64,000 bases of DNA from an uncultured Fibrobacteraceae bacterium (GTDB taxonomy: Bacteria > Krumholzibacteriota > Krumholzibacteriia > LZORAL124-64-63): NCBI GenBank assembly GCA_964559455.1, contig CAZLHO010000005.1, positions 31,679 through 95,678 of the forward strand, read 5' to 3'. Made by a program: the position numbers and the translations under genes. This document shows positions 19,049 to 27,519 of this stretch, one piece after another. The number at the start of each line of letters is the position of its first letter. Positions within the stretch are counted from its first letter, which is position 1. The notes below the pieces were generated by a model that did no database searches, was not told the DNA's origin, and worked only from the letters and a program-made list of their open reading frames with translations.

Positions 19049-20396
19049 GGCCCGCCCCCTCTTGCCTGTTCCGTGCCTTGTCCCGATCGAGCAGCCAGCG
19101 CCGTTTGGCCAGAAGGCGCTCCACATCGGCGTCCAGTTTCGCCATGGCCTCCGCGGGGCTTTCGGCCCCCCTGATCGCCGCCTCGGTCCGCTCCCAGATC
19201 CTCGTGGCGATCTGCTCCCATTCCGGAATCTTCGGGGTCGGAACGACGTTCCCCAACTGGTCCCAGAACGCCCGCACCTCGGGATCGTCGGCCAGCACCG
19301 GTGCGGACCAGGCGGCCTTGTGGGCCGGCAGGTCCCCCGTCAGCTGGAAGAAGCGGACCTGCTGCTCGGGCCGGCTGAGGAACTCGATCAGTCGCCAGGC
19401 CGCCTGCTTGCGGGCCGAGGACTCGAAGAGGACCAGACTCGATCCTCCGGCCAGCGACACGCCCGGGCCGCCGTCCCCCGGCGCCGGCATGGGCGCCGTC
19501 GACCAGTCATCCTGCATCTCCTCGGGAAGTCGGCGGCGGCATTCCCCGATATTCCACGGGCCGGTGATGAACATGGCGAAGGTGCCGCGCTCGAATTCCT
19601 GGTAGAGGTTCGCGACCTGGTTGTTGCTCACCGACGGCGCCAGGCCGTCGGCGAAAAGACCCAGGTAGAAGTCGAGGGCTCGTCCGAAGGCGGGGCCCGA
19701 AAAATCACCGCGCGTATCGCCGTCCACCAGCAGGGACGAGCCCGCCTGCAGGCCGAGGATCACCGGTTGCGTCCACTCGTTGATGGGCAGAAGCATGCCG
19801 AACTTATCCGGTCCCCGGGCGCTGAGGGCTTCCAGGGACCGGCGCCATTGCTGCCATGTCCTGGGCGGTTCGGCGAACCCGGCTTCGGCCAGGAGATCCG
19901 TGCGGTAGAACAGCAGCCGCGTGTCGACGTACCAGGGAACACCGTAGAGATCCCCGCCGAGGACGTTCGTGTCCCAGATACCGGGAAAATGATCCTCCGG
20001 GTTCACCAGTTCGGATGCCGCCACCAGGCCCCCGAGTCCGGCCAGCGCACCCAGGGCCTGGAATTCAGGCACCCAGGTGTTGCCCATCTGGGCCAGGTCC
20101 GGGGTGGCCCGGCCCACATGGGCCGTCAGCAGCTTCTCGTGGGCGGCCGTCCAGGGAATCTGCTGGACCCGGACCCGCACATCGGGATTCTGCGCCTCGA
20201 ATTCCCTCACCAGGGGCTGCACCATCTCCCCCTCGCGGCCCATGACCCAGAAATCCAGGACGGGAATCCCGTCGGCGTCCTGCCCGCAGCCGCACCCTCC
20301 GGCGACGATCAGGCCCGCCCAGAGCAGGAATCCCGGACCACGCCACACGGTCGGTTTCCGATGCAGGGAGGCGGCGGGTCCGGAACCATCAGTCAT
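19041..20396 (-). CDS. Sugar ABC transporter substrate-binding lipoprotein
   Basis: Lipobox IVAGGC; HEKLLTA, YGVPWYVDTRLLFYRTDLL, AMFITGPW, SLAGGSSL. Confidence 0.93.
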   Translation of the reverse strand: MTDGSGPAASLHRKPTVWRGPGFLLWAGLIVAGGCGCGQDADGIPVLDFWVMGREGEMVQPLVREFEAQNPDVRVRVQQIPWTAAHEKLLTAHVGRATPDLAQMGNTWVPEFQALGALAGLGGLVAASELVNPEDHFPGIWDTNVLGGDLYGVPWYVDTRLLFYRTDLLAEAGFAEPPRTWQQWRRSLEALSARGPDKFGMLLPINEWTQPVILGLQAGSSLLVDGDTRGDFSGPAFGRALDFYLGLFADGLAPSVSNNQVANLYQEFERGTFAMFITGPWNIGECRRRLPEEMQDDWSTAPMPAPGDGGPGVSLAGGSSLVLFESSARKQAAWRLIEFLSRPEQQVRFFQLTGDLPAHKAAWSAPVLADDPEVRAFWDQLGNVVPTPKIPEWEQIATRIWERTEAAIRGAESPAEAMAKLDADVERLLAKRRWLLDRDKARNRQEGAGHE

Positions 20397-21915
20397 CGGG
20401 CCGGTCCCCGGAAGAAAGCCAGCCGCCCGAGAAGCCGGCGGCCTTCAGGCCCCTGATGACATGGGGATTCCGGCGCATGGTCCGCCAGACCAGGCCGGAA
20501 CGGTAGTTCTCGATCATGGCGAGGATGGGCCCCTGATCGATGCCCAGGTAATCCGTGTCGTACCAGCCCCGCCCGGGCACCACCCGGCCGTGCTGGACGG
20601 GGATGTCCCGGGTGAAGGTAGGGTTCAGGGCGTCAAAGAAACCGTATTCGCCGAAGAGGTGTTCCCCGTGATCCTCCTTCATCGCCATCAAGACCGGCAG
20701 GGCGATTTCCGGAGCGAAGGGCAGGGATCCGCCGGCGGCCGAGGGACAGATGGTGCCGTCGTCGTTGACGTAATTGAACGAGGCGCCGCGCGCCCAGTAG
20801 GTGACGAAGTCGTGCGCCACCCCGTCGATCTCGACCGTCTGGTTCACCGGACCGTCGCAGGCGGTCAGGCCCCAGAGGCGTGGGCCGTAGCCGGTGAAGC
20901 CGCCCGGGTTTTCCTGGGCGTAATCGTATTGGGAAAGGACCGCCCGGCGGGAATTCTCGAAATAATCGAGATCATTCTCCCTCATGACCTCGTCGCGGAT
21001 ACCCCGCATGTCGTACCACACCTGGGTGTACTGATGCCCGAACAGGGGAGGGAAGCCGAGGTGGCGCCGCCCATGGAAATCTCCCCAGACGTAACCGTCG
21101 GTCCACGCCTCCCAGGCGTCGTATTCCACCGGATGGGTCGGCGACCCCAGGGCCATCAGGTACAGCAACGTGGCCTCGTTGTAGCCTCGCCAGTCGTAGG
21201 ACAGGAACCCCTGCTCGGGTTTCCAGCCGTGACTGATGGTGGGAGCCCTGACCGAGGCCCACTGCCAATCCACCCTCAGATAGAGGGAGTCGGCGAGGGC
21301 CCGGATGCGGGCTTCGTCGGCCTCGGGCCGGTCGAAGTAGGTCTGGCAGAAGAGGGCGCCGGCGAGCAGCAGGGCGGTGTCGATGGTGGAAAGCTCGACG
21401 TCCCGGAACCGGGCGCCGGTATCGGGATCCAGGAAATGGTAATAGAAGCCCCGGTAGCCTGTAGACCCGGTGCGGGCCGTATCCTGGCGCGCCGACCAGA
21501 AAAATTCCAAGGTGCGCAGGGTGCGGTCCACGGCTGCTTCCCTGGTGACATAACCTCTTTCCACTCCAATAGGATAGGCCGTCAGGGCAAAACCCGTGGC
21601 CGCCACGCTGGCAAAGGATCTGGTGGGCCATCGGTCGGGCGCCAGACCAGTATGGGGGTTGCAAAGATCCCAAAAATATCGGAAGGTACGCACTTGCAGG
21701 CTGTCGATGAAAGCGGTTTCATCTGAAGACAGTGAAATATCCGACTTTGCCGAGCCATCCGAGTCCCCGCAGCCGGAAACGCCGGACATGGCCGCAAGGC
21801 ACAGGGTGGACATCACCAGAGCCAGGGCCACGGGGGCCAGGGAAAAAACAGCGGGTCGGGCTGCGGGAATCGCACGGCCTGAGCTGGAGTCGTCGGTCGG
21901 CCGGAAAAGATTCAT
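20389..21915 (-). CDS. GH144 endo-beta-1,2-glucanase (Glycoamylase Pfam family), lipoprotein
   Basis: SVAATGF, GFYYHFLD, ELSTIDTALL, RVDW, HGWKPE, YNEA, LFGHQY, WGLTACDGP, YLGIDQGPI; lipobox VSGC; GGAGG before ATG 21915. Confidence 0.92.
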   Translation of the reverse strand: MNLFRPTDDSSSGRAIPAARPAVFSLAPVALALVMSTLCLAAMSGVSGCGDSDGSAKSDISLSSDETAFIDSLQVRTFRYFWDLCNPHTGLAPDRWPTRSFASVAATGFALTAYPIGVERGYVTREAAVDRTLRTLEFFWSARQDTARTGSTGYRGFYYHFLDPDTGARFRDVELSTIDTALLLAGALFCQTYFDRPEADEARIRALADSLYLRVDWQWASVRAPTISHGWKPEQGFLSYDWRGYNEATLLYLMALGSPTHPVEYDAWEAWTDGYVWGDFHGRRHLGFPPLFGHQYTQVWYDMRGIRDEVMRENDLDYFENSRRAVLSQYDYAQENPGGFTGYGPRLWGLTACDGPVNQTVEIDGVAHDFVTYWARGASFNYVNDDGTICPSAAGGSLPFAPEIALPVLMAMKEDHGEHLFGEYGFFDALNPTFTRDIPVQHGRVVPGRGWYDTDYLGIDQGPILAMIENYRSGLVWRTMRRNPHVIRGLKAAGFSGGWLSSGDRPDD

Positions 21916-21994
21916 GTCACCCTCCAAGCGTGTTTCCTCGTCCGGGAGGCGATCGACTCACAGGGTGAAATCAATCCGAATGCGTGCGGACGTG

Positions 21995-22022
21995 ATTATA
22001 GGGGGCCGCCCCTCGAACGCAA
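21995..22022 (-). promoter_or_regulatory. Putative sigma70 promoter for the GH144-ABC operon
   Basis: Minus strand TTGCGT-N16-TATAAT, about 80 nt upstream of the GH144 start. Confidence 0.4.
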
Positions 22023-22038
22023 CAGAAAATGAAGATCG

Positions 22039-23034
22039 ATGGGTTTCAGGCCAAAATCCTGGCTCAGATATCGGGTGATCCTGTACGCCCTGGTCGTCGT
22101 GGGAGTGTTCCTCTACCGGAACCACTTCGACTGGAGACGGCTCGTCCCCGAGGGGCGGGACAGGCAGGGCAGCCCGCGCACCCTGGTCCTGGCCGGGCGG
22201 GACCTCGCCCCAGGTCTGTTCGACGTCCTGGGGGATCATTACGGCAGCGACTATCCCGATCTGGTCATCAGCACCCGGGCAGGCGGCACGAATCAGGCCC
22301 TGGAGGATCTGATCAACCGGCGGGCTGACGCCGCCTTCCTGTCCCGGCCGCCGACCCGGGCCGAACAGGAGCTGTTTCGACAGGCGGACGGGGACACCGC
22401 CATCGTGGTGCCGGTGGGGGTCGGCGCCATCGTGGTTCTCGCCGGGGCCGGGACCCTGCCGGGGAACCGGCCGCCCGGCCAACCGGCGGCGATGACGGTG
22501 GAGCAACTCGGCCGGCTGATGGCCGGCGACATGCAGGGACAGTGCGACCGGTTCTACGCCGCGGACCCCAATCTCGGCTTCTGGGCCGCCGCGGCGAGGC
22601 TGATGGGCCGTGATCCCGCCCCCGTGGACACGGGCACGGTCGTCTATCTGGCCGATGACGGACAGATCGTTCTCGCGGTCGGCAACGACCCCCGGGCCAT
22701 GGGCATGATCGCGTCCTTCGATCTGCCGGCTTCCCCCCTGCGGAATCTGCCCGCCCCCGGGGATTCCACGGCCGGCCCGGTGATCGTGGCGATGGCCGAC
22801 TCTTCGAGTGCCCGGGAAGTCGCACCGGCCTATGATACCGTGGCGGCCGGCGCCTATCCCCTGCACCTTTCGCTGTTCGTGGCCTGCCGGGCCGGCGGCG
22901 GCATCCAGGGCGGGAAATTCGTGACCCATCTGGCCGGCGGACGCGGGCAGAGACAGATTGAACGTGCCGGCTGCATCCCGGCCAAAAAGGTTCCCCACGA
23001 GGTGCTCCTGACCAACCGGCCATTGGGCGAATGA
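22039..23034 (+). CDS. PstS-like (PBP_like_2) periplasmic binding protein with N-terminal membrane anchor
   Basis: TM segment VILYALVVVGVFLY; GGTNQALEDLINRRADAAFLSRP; GAYPLHLSLFV; first gene of the TonB operon. Confidence 0.75.
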   Translation: MGFRPKSWLRYRVILYALVVVGVFLYRNHFDWRRLVPEGRDRQGSPRTLVLAGRDLAPGLFDVLGDHYGSDYPDLVISTRAGGTNQALEDLINRRADAAFLSRPPTRAEQELFRQADGDTAIVVPVGVGAIVVLAGAGTLPGNRPPGQPAAMTVEQLGRLMAGDMQGQCDRFYAADPNLGFWAAAARLMGRDPAPVDTGTVVYLADDGQIVLAVGNDPRAMGMIASFDLPASPLRNLPAPGDSTAGPVIVAMADSSSAREVAPAYDTVAAGAYPLHLSLFVACRAGGGIQGGKFVTHLAGGRGQRQIERAGCIPAKKVPHEVLLTNRPLGE

Positions 23035-23100
23035 CGGCGGGGAACGGACTTCGGCAACCATCAGCAGGGAGATGGAGACGCACCGATGGCAGGAGGGCTC

Positions 23101-24948
23101 ATGAAGCTGCGTTCCGGCGGAAGGTTTCGTCACCGGATCCCGCACCTGGCGGCGATGCTGGTCGTTCTGGCATCCCTTGTCGGCCCCCTGGCCGCCGGCG
23201 CGGCGGACCGGACCTACACCATCGACACCGACCCGGTCAGGCTCGGCTTCAAGGCCCTGGAAAGCGGCAACATCGTCGAGGCCAAGGCCAGGTTCGACGA
23301 GGCGATCACCCACAACCACGAAGTGCACCGCGCCCTGTTCGGCTTGGCCGAGATCGCCACCAGGGAGGGCCGTTATCCCGACGCCGAAGCCTTCTTCCGG
23401 AAATCGATCGCGGCAGGGGGCGGCGGATTCCCCGTGGCCAACGCGGGACTGGGCGTGCTGCTGTTGAAACTCGACCGGGATCAGGAAGCCGCGGAGGAAT
23501 TCGATCTGGCCCTCGAGGCTGATCCCACTCTCTGGCGGGCCCATTACGGCAAGGCCCGCTTCCATCTCGCGGCAGGGGAATGGGACAAGGCCAAGGGTGA
23601 ACTCGATCGCGGAAAAGACCTGCGCGGCCTGTCCCAGGGCGAGGACAAGTACAGCTTCGGGATGGCGCTCTACCAGCTGGGCACCGGGGACGTGGCCGGC
23701 GCCGAGAAATCGGCATTGCTGGCCTTGCACCTCGACCCCACCGACCCCGAATACGGCACCCTCGTCGCGCGGATCTACGAGATGAACGACAACATCGTCC
23801 TGGCGATCAGCGCCTACGAACAGGCCCTCGCCACGCCGGGCATGACGCCCACCGCCCCCATGCTGCGGAACCTGGGCGCGCTCTACACCAAGGAGAAGCG
23901 GTTCAACGACGCTCGCGACATCCTCCTGAAGGCCGTGGCCGCCGACTCCGCCTACGCCCCCGCCCTCAAGGATCTCGGCGATCTCTATCGCCTGGCCAAC
24001 CAGCACGACAACGCCGCCAGGGTCTACCTGCGCTACATCATGCTGGAACGGGAAGATCTCGAAGCCCTGTTGAACCTCGCCGATTCCTGCTACGAAATCA
24101 GGCGATACGCGCAGAGCGTGGAGGCGGCGGAAACGGCGCGGACGCTGGCCCCGGACGACCAGACCGCCCGGTTCTACTTCGCGCGCTCGGGCATCTACAG
24201 CCGCGATCCCGGAATCAGAGCCGAAGCGGCGGGCCTGATCACCCGGCTGCCGCAGGATCTGCCCTGGCGGGCGAACGACCTGGTGGCCCTCGCTTCCTGG
24301 CAGACCTCCCAAAAGGATTACGCCTCGGCCCTGAAGAGCCTGGACCGTGCGATCGATCTCGATCCCGAGCAGGCGAACATCCCCTTCCAGCGCGGAATCA
24401 TCGACCTGCGGCTGGCCAAGCCCGATCTCGCCGTCGCCGATTTCCAGAAGGCCATCGACCTGAACCCGGCGGCCCCGGCCAACCATCTGAACCTGGGCAT
24501 CGCCCACTACCAGGCCGGAAATCTTCAGCAGGCCGGGCCCGCCTTCCGCCGGGCCGTGGAACTGGATCCGGACAACACCATGCCCCGTCTGCTCCTTGCC
24601 CAGGTCCTGGCCGCGACCGACGACCTGACCGAGGCGGAAAACGAATATCTCCAGGTCCTGGACCGCGAACCGACCAACGCCAAGGCCATGAGGGGGATCG
24701 GCTTCTGCCGCATCCGCCGCGCCGATTATGCGGCCGCCGTCGCCTCCTACCGCGACGCCACGCGGATCGAACCCGACAACGCCGACGGGTGGGCCGGTCT
24801 GGGCAGCGCCTTCCTGGGGCAGAACAACCTGGCGGAGGCCGAAGCCGCATTCGACAAAGCCCGCGCCATCGATCCCGGCAACATCATGCTCGACAAGGGA
24901 ACTGAATTGCTGAACCAGGCAAAAGCCGCCGGAAAGGAAAATCAGTAG
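23101..24948 (+). CDS. Exported TPR-repeat protein
   Basis: Signal peptide; many 34-aa helical repeats (e.g. AVADFQKAIDLNP, NLGIAHYQAGNLQQAGPAFRRAVELDP). Confidence 0.9.
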   Translation: MKLRSGGRFRHRIPHLAAMLVVLASLVGPLAAGAADRTYTIDTDPVRLGFKALESGNIVEAKARFDEAITHNHEVHRALFGLAEIATREGRYPDAEAFFRKSIAAGGGGFPVANAGLGVLLLKLDRDQEAAEEFDLALEADPTLWRAHYGKARFHLAAGEWDKAKGELDRGKDLRGLSQGEDKYSFGMALYQLGTGDVAGAEKSALLALHLDPTDPEYGTLVARIYEMNDNIVLAISAYEQALATPGMTPTAPMLRNLGALYTKEKRFNDARDILLKAVAADSAYAPALKDLGDLYRLANQHDNAARVYLRYIMLEREDLEALLNLADSCYEIRRYAQSVEAAETARTLAPDDQTARFYFARSGIYSRDPGIRAEAAGLITRLPQDLPWRANDLVALASWQTSQKDYASALKSLDRAIDLDPEQANIPFQRGIIDLRLAKPDLAVADFQKAIDLNPAAPANHLNLGIAHYQAGNLQQAGPAFRRAVELDPDNTMPRLLLAQVLAATDDLTEAENEYLQVLDREPTNAKAMRGIGFCRIRRADYAAAVASYRDATRIEPDNADGWAGLGSAFLGQNNLAEAEAAFDKARAIDPGNIMLDKGTELLNQAKAAGKENQ

Positions 24949-24950
24949 CG

Positions 24951-25667
24951 ATGAAGAACTTCGTTCTGATCCCCATCATCATCATTTCGGCCATCCTGTC
25001 CTGGTTCATCTGGGAAAAGTCGCCGGAATACGTTCATCAGGGCGGGCCACTGCTCGTCGTCGGATTGACCTTCCTGTTCCTGACCCTGACCTTCGCCATC
25101 GAGCGCTTCATCGTGCTGTGGCGGGCGGGCGGACGCGGCAACATCTACGACTTCATCGGCAACCTCAAGAAGTCCGTTCATTCCGGTGAACTGGACCAGG
25201 CCATCGAGGCCTGCAAGAAGCAGGGCGGCAGCCTGGCCAACGTCATCGGGGCCGGCCTGGAGACGAACCGACTCCAGAGGAGCCGCTCGCTGGGGCAGAA
25301 GGAAATCATGGACGAGACCAGGCGGGCCCTTCAGGAGGCCAGCGCGCTGGAAAGCCCCAACCTGGAGAAGAACCTCAACTCCCTTTCGACCATCGCCTCG
25401 ATCGCGACGATGCTCGGCCTGCTGGGCACCACCATCGGCATGATCCGTTCCTTCCACGCCATGTCGCGCGCCGGGGCCCCGGACGCCACCCAGCTGGCCC
25501 TGGGCATCTCCGAGGCGCTGGTCAACACCGCCCTGGGCCTGACCACGGCCATCATCGCCACGGTGCTCTACAACTATTTCACGACGCAGGTCGACCTGTT
25601 CAACAACAGGGTTGAGGAGACCTCCTACGAGATCCTGGCTTTCCTGGACCGGAACGGGGAGTCCTGA
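24951..25667 (+). CDS. exbB: ExbB/MotA/TolQ proton channel protein
   Basis: LSTIASIATMLGLLGTTIGMIRSF; GISEALVNTALGL. Confidence 0.93.
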   Translation: MKNFVLIPIIIISAILSWFIWEKSPEYVHQGGPLLVVGLTFLFLTLTFAIERFIVLWRAGGRGNIYDFIGNLKKSVHSGELDQAIEACKKQGGSLANVIGAGLETNRLQRSRSLGQKEIMDETRRALQEASALESPNLEKNLNSLSTIASIATMLGLLGTTIGMIRSFHAMSRAGAPDATQLALGISEALVNTALGLTTAIIATVLYNYFTTQVDLFNNRVEETSYEILAFLDRNGES

Positions 25668-25670
25668 GCC

Positions 25671-26138
25671 GTGGCCACGCGCAAGAAAATCCATATCGAC
25701 ATGACGCCCATGGTGGATGTCGCGTTCCTGCTGCTGATCTTCTTCATGACGACCACCCAGTTCAAGCCGCCCGAGCAGGTCGCCGTGCAGCTGCCCCAGT
25801 CGCGTTCCGAGATCCACATCCCCGATACCGGAACCATCATCCTGACGGTCAACCGGACGGGTCAGATTTTCATTTCCAGCGAAAGGGCCGACGACACCCA
25901 GGAGCTGGCCCCGGACAACGTGGTCGAGGCGGTCGTCGCCTGGCGGGGGCGCAACCCCGGCTCGGTGGTGATCCTGAAGGGCGACAAGGACGCCGATTTC
26001 GGGGTCGTGGCCGATCTGATGGACGCCCTGGCCCGGGCCAAGACCCTGCGATTCAACCTCATGACCGATCTCAAGAAGCGCACTCCCCGCGAACCGGCCT
26101 CCGGCCCCGGCAGCCCGGTCGAATCGCCTTCACTCTAG
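25671..26138 (+). CDS. exbD: ExbD/TolR protein 1
   Basis: IDMTPMVDVAFLLLIFF; VILKGDKDADFGVVADLMD. Confidence 0.93.
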   Translation: MATRKKIHIDMTPMVDVAFLLLIFFMTTTQFKPPEQVAVQLPQSRSEIHIPDTGTIILTVNRTGQIFISSERADDTQELAPDNVVEAVVAWRGRNPGSVVILKGDKDADFGVVADLMDALARAKTLRFNLMTDLKKRTPREPASGPGSPVESPSL

Positions 26139-26150
26139 AGGAGTCCCGTT

Positions 26151-26651
26151 ATGGCCGACGTGGCCGCTGCAGAAAAAGACAAGGGCGCCAAGGGCCGCGG
26201 CCCTTTGGGCCGCGTCAAGAAGAAGCGCGTGGGGATCCGCATCGACATGACGCCCATGGTGGACGTCGCGTTCCTGCTGCTGATCTTCTTCATGGTCACC
26301 ACGGTCTTCCGCCGCCCCCTGGCGATGGAGATCAACATGCCCGAGCCCGAGGCCAGGGTCGAGGTTCCCGAATCCAACGTGATGACCGTCTACATCGATT
26401 CCGACGAGGCCATGTTCTTCAAGATCGGCAAGACCGAGCTCAACCCGGTCACCTGGCCCGAACTCGAGCCTCTCTTCCGCGCCAACTCCGAGGTGAACCC
26501 CAACCTGATCATCCTGGTCAAGATCCACCGCCAGGCCCGTTACGAACCCATGGTCGACATGATGGACACGTTGGAAGATGCGGGCATGCAGCGCTTCAGC
26601 CTGGTTCCCATGAACCCGGACGACGCCGAAATGCTCGAGGAAATGCGATGA
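26151..26651 (+). CDS. exbD: ExbD/TolR protein 2
   Basis: IDMTPMVDVAFLLLIFF; ARYEPMVDMMD. Confidence 0.93.
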   Translation: MADVAAAEKDKGAKGRGPLGRVKKKRVGIRIDMTPMVDVAFLLLIFFMVTTVFRRPLAMEINMPEPEARVEVPESNVMTVYIDSDEAMFFKIGKTELNPVTWPELEPLFRANSEVNPNLIILVKIHRQARYEPMVDMMDTLEDAGMQRFSLVPMNPDDAEMLEEMR

Positions 26652-27454
26652 GCCGTCACAGCCATATCCGCGAAAAGGAGACGGTCCACATCCCGTGGGC
26701 CTTCTCGCTGGACGACGCGCCTTCCCTGCCGCTGACCGGGGACAACCATCCCCTCCGGCGGGAATCGGCCAAGTGGCTGTCCTGGGCGAACGTCATCACC
26801 ATCGCGATCGCGGTCGTGGCCCTCGGCGGATATTTTCTCTGGAGCCACCGGACCCCTCCCGAGGCTCCCGTCATGCGTCCCATCAAGATCGTGCGCTACA
26901 CCGACCTGGGCGTACCGCCCTCGATCTCCCGTCCCTCGGTTCCCCAGATCAACGTGGCCAGGGAGGTCTCCAGGATCGCAGCGCCCCCGCCAGCGATCGC
27001 CATCCCCGAGCCCGTGGCCGACGAGCAGGCCCGGACCCAGACCATCGCCACGGTCACGGAGATGGCCGAAGCCCTGGCGCCCATGACCCTCGACGACCTC
27101 GACTTCGGCGAAGGAGGCGGCGACTCCCTGGTCATCGACCTCGACCTGGACACCTCCCCGGGCCCGGGAGACTTCATCGCCGTCGAAAGCGAACCGGTGC
27201 GGATCAGCATCGACCCGCCCGTCTATCCCCAGGTGGCGCAGTCCGCGGGAGTCGAAGGCACGGTCCTGGTGCGCGTCCTGGTCGGCAAGGACGGCAGGGT
27301 CAAGGATGTCATCTACATCGAAGGCCCCGAGGGGCTCAAGGCCGCGGCCGACGACTGCGCCCGGACCGCGGTCTTCAAGCCGGCCCTGATGGACCACAGA
27401 CCGGTCGAGGTCTGGGTCATGATGCCGATCACCTTCAGATTGCGGTCGCATTGA
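26648..27454 (+). CDS. tonB: TonB energy transducer
   Basis: Single TM helix, Pro-rich linker, C-terminal YPQVAQSAGVEGTVLVRVLVGKDGRV...PITFRL. Confidence 0.92.
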   Translation: MSRHSHIREKETVHIPWAFSLDDAPSLPLTGDNHPLRRESAKWLSWANVITIAIAVVALGGYFLWSHRTPPEAPVMRPIKIVRYTDLGVPPSISRPSVPQINVAREVSRIAAPPPAIAIPEPVADEQARTQTIATVTEMAEALAPMTLDDLDFGEGGGDSLVIDLDLDTSPGPGDFIAVESEPVRISIDPPVYPQVAQSAGVEGTVLVRVLVGKDGRVKDVIYIEGPEGLKAAADDCARTAVFKPALMDHRPVEVWVMMPITFRLRSH

Positions 27455-27519
27455 GGCGGGCCGCCGCCCTGCCCTGAGCCGGGCGGGCGCTCTCGCTGTC
27501 GGGATCGTGCTCCACATGC

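Noticed and set aside
20389-21915. Glucoamylase call from the Pfam name
   Set aside because: Characterised members of this family (GH144) are beta-1,2-glucanases, and the context agrees.
21916-22038. Second LacI operator upstream of GH144 (GGAAACACGCTTGG on minus)
   Set aside because: Does not fit the TGWAANCGNTTWCA spacing or ends.
22039-23034. Phosphate ABC transporter (pstS)
   Set aside because: No pstC, pstA or pstB nearby; the gene heads a TonB operon.
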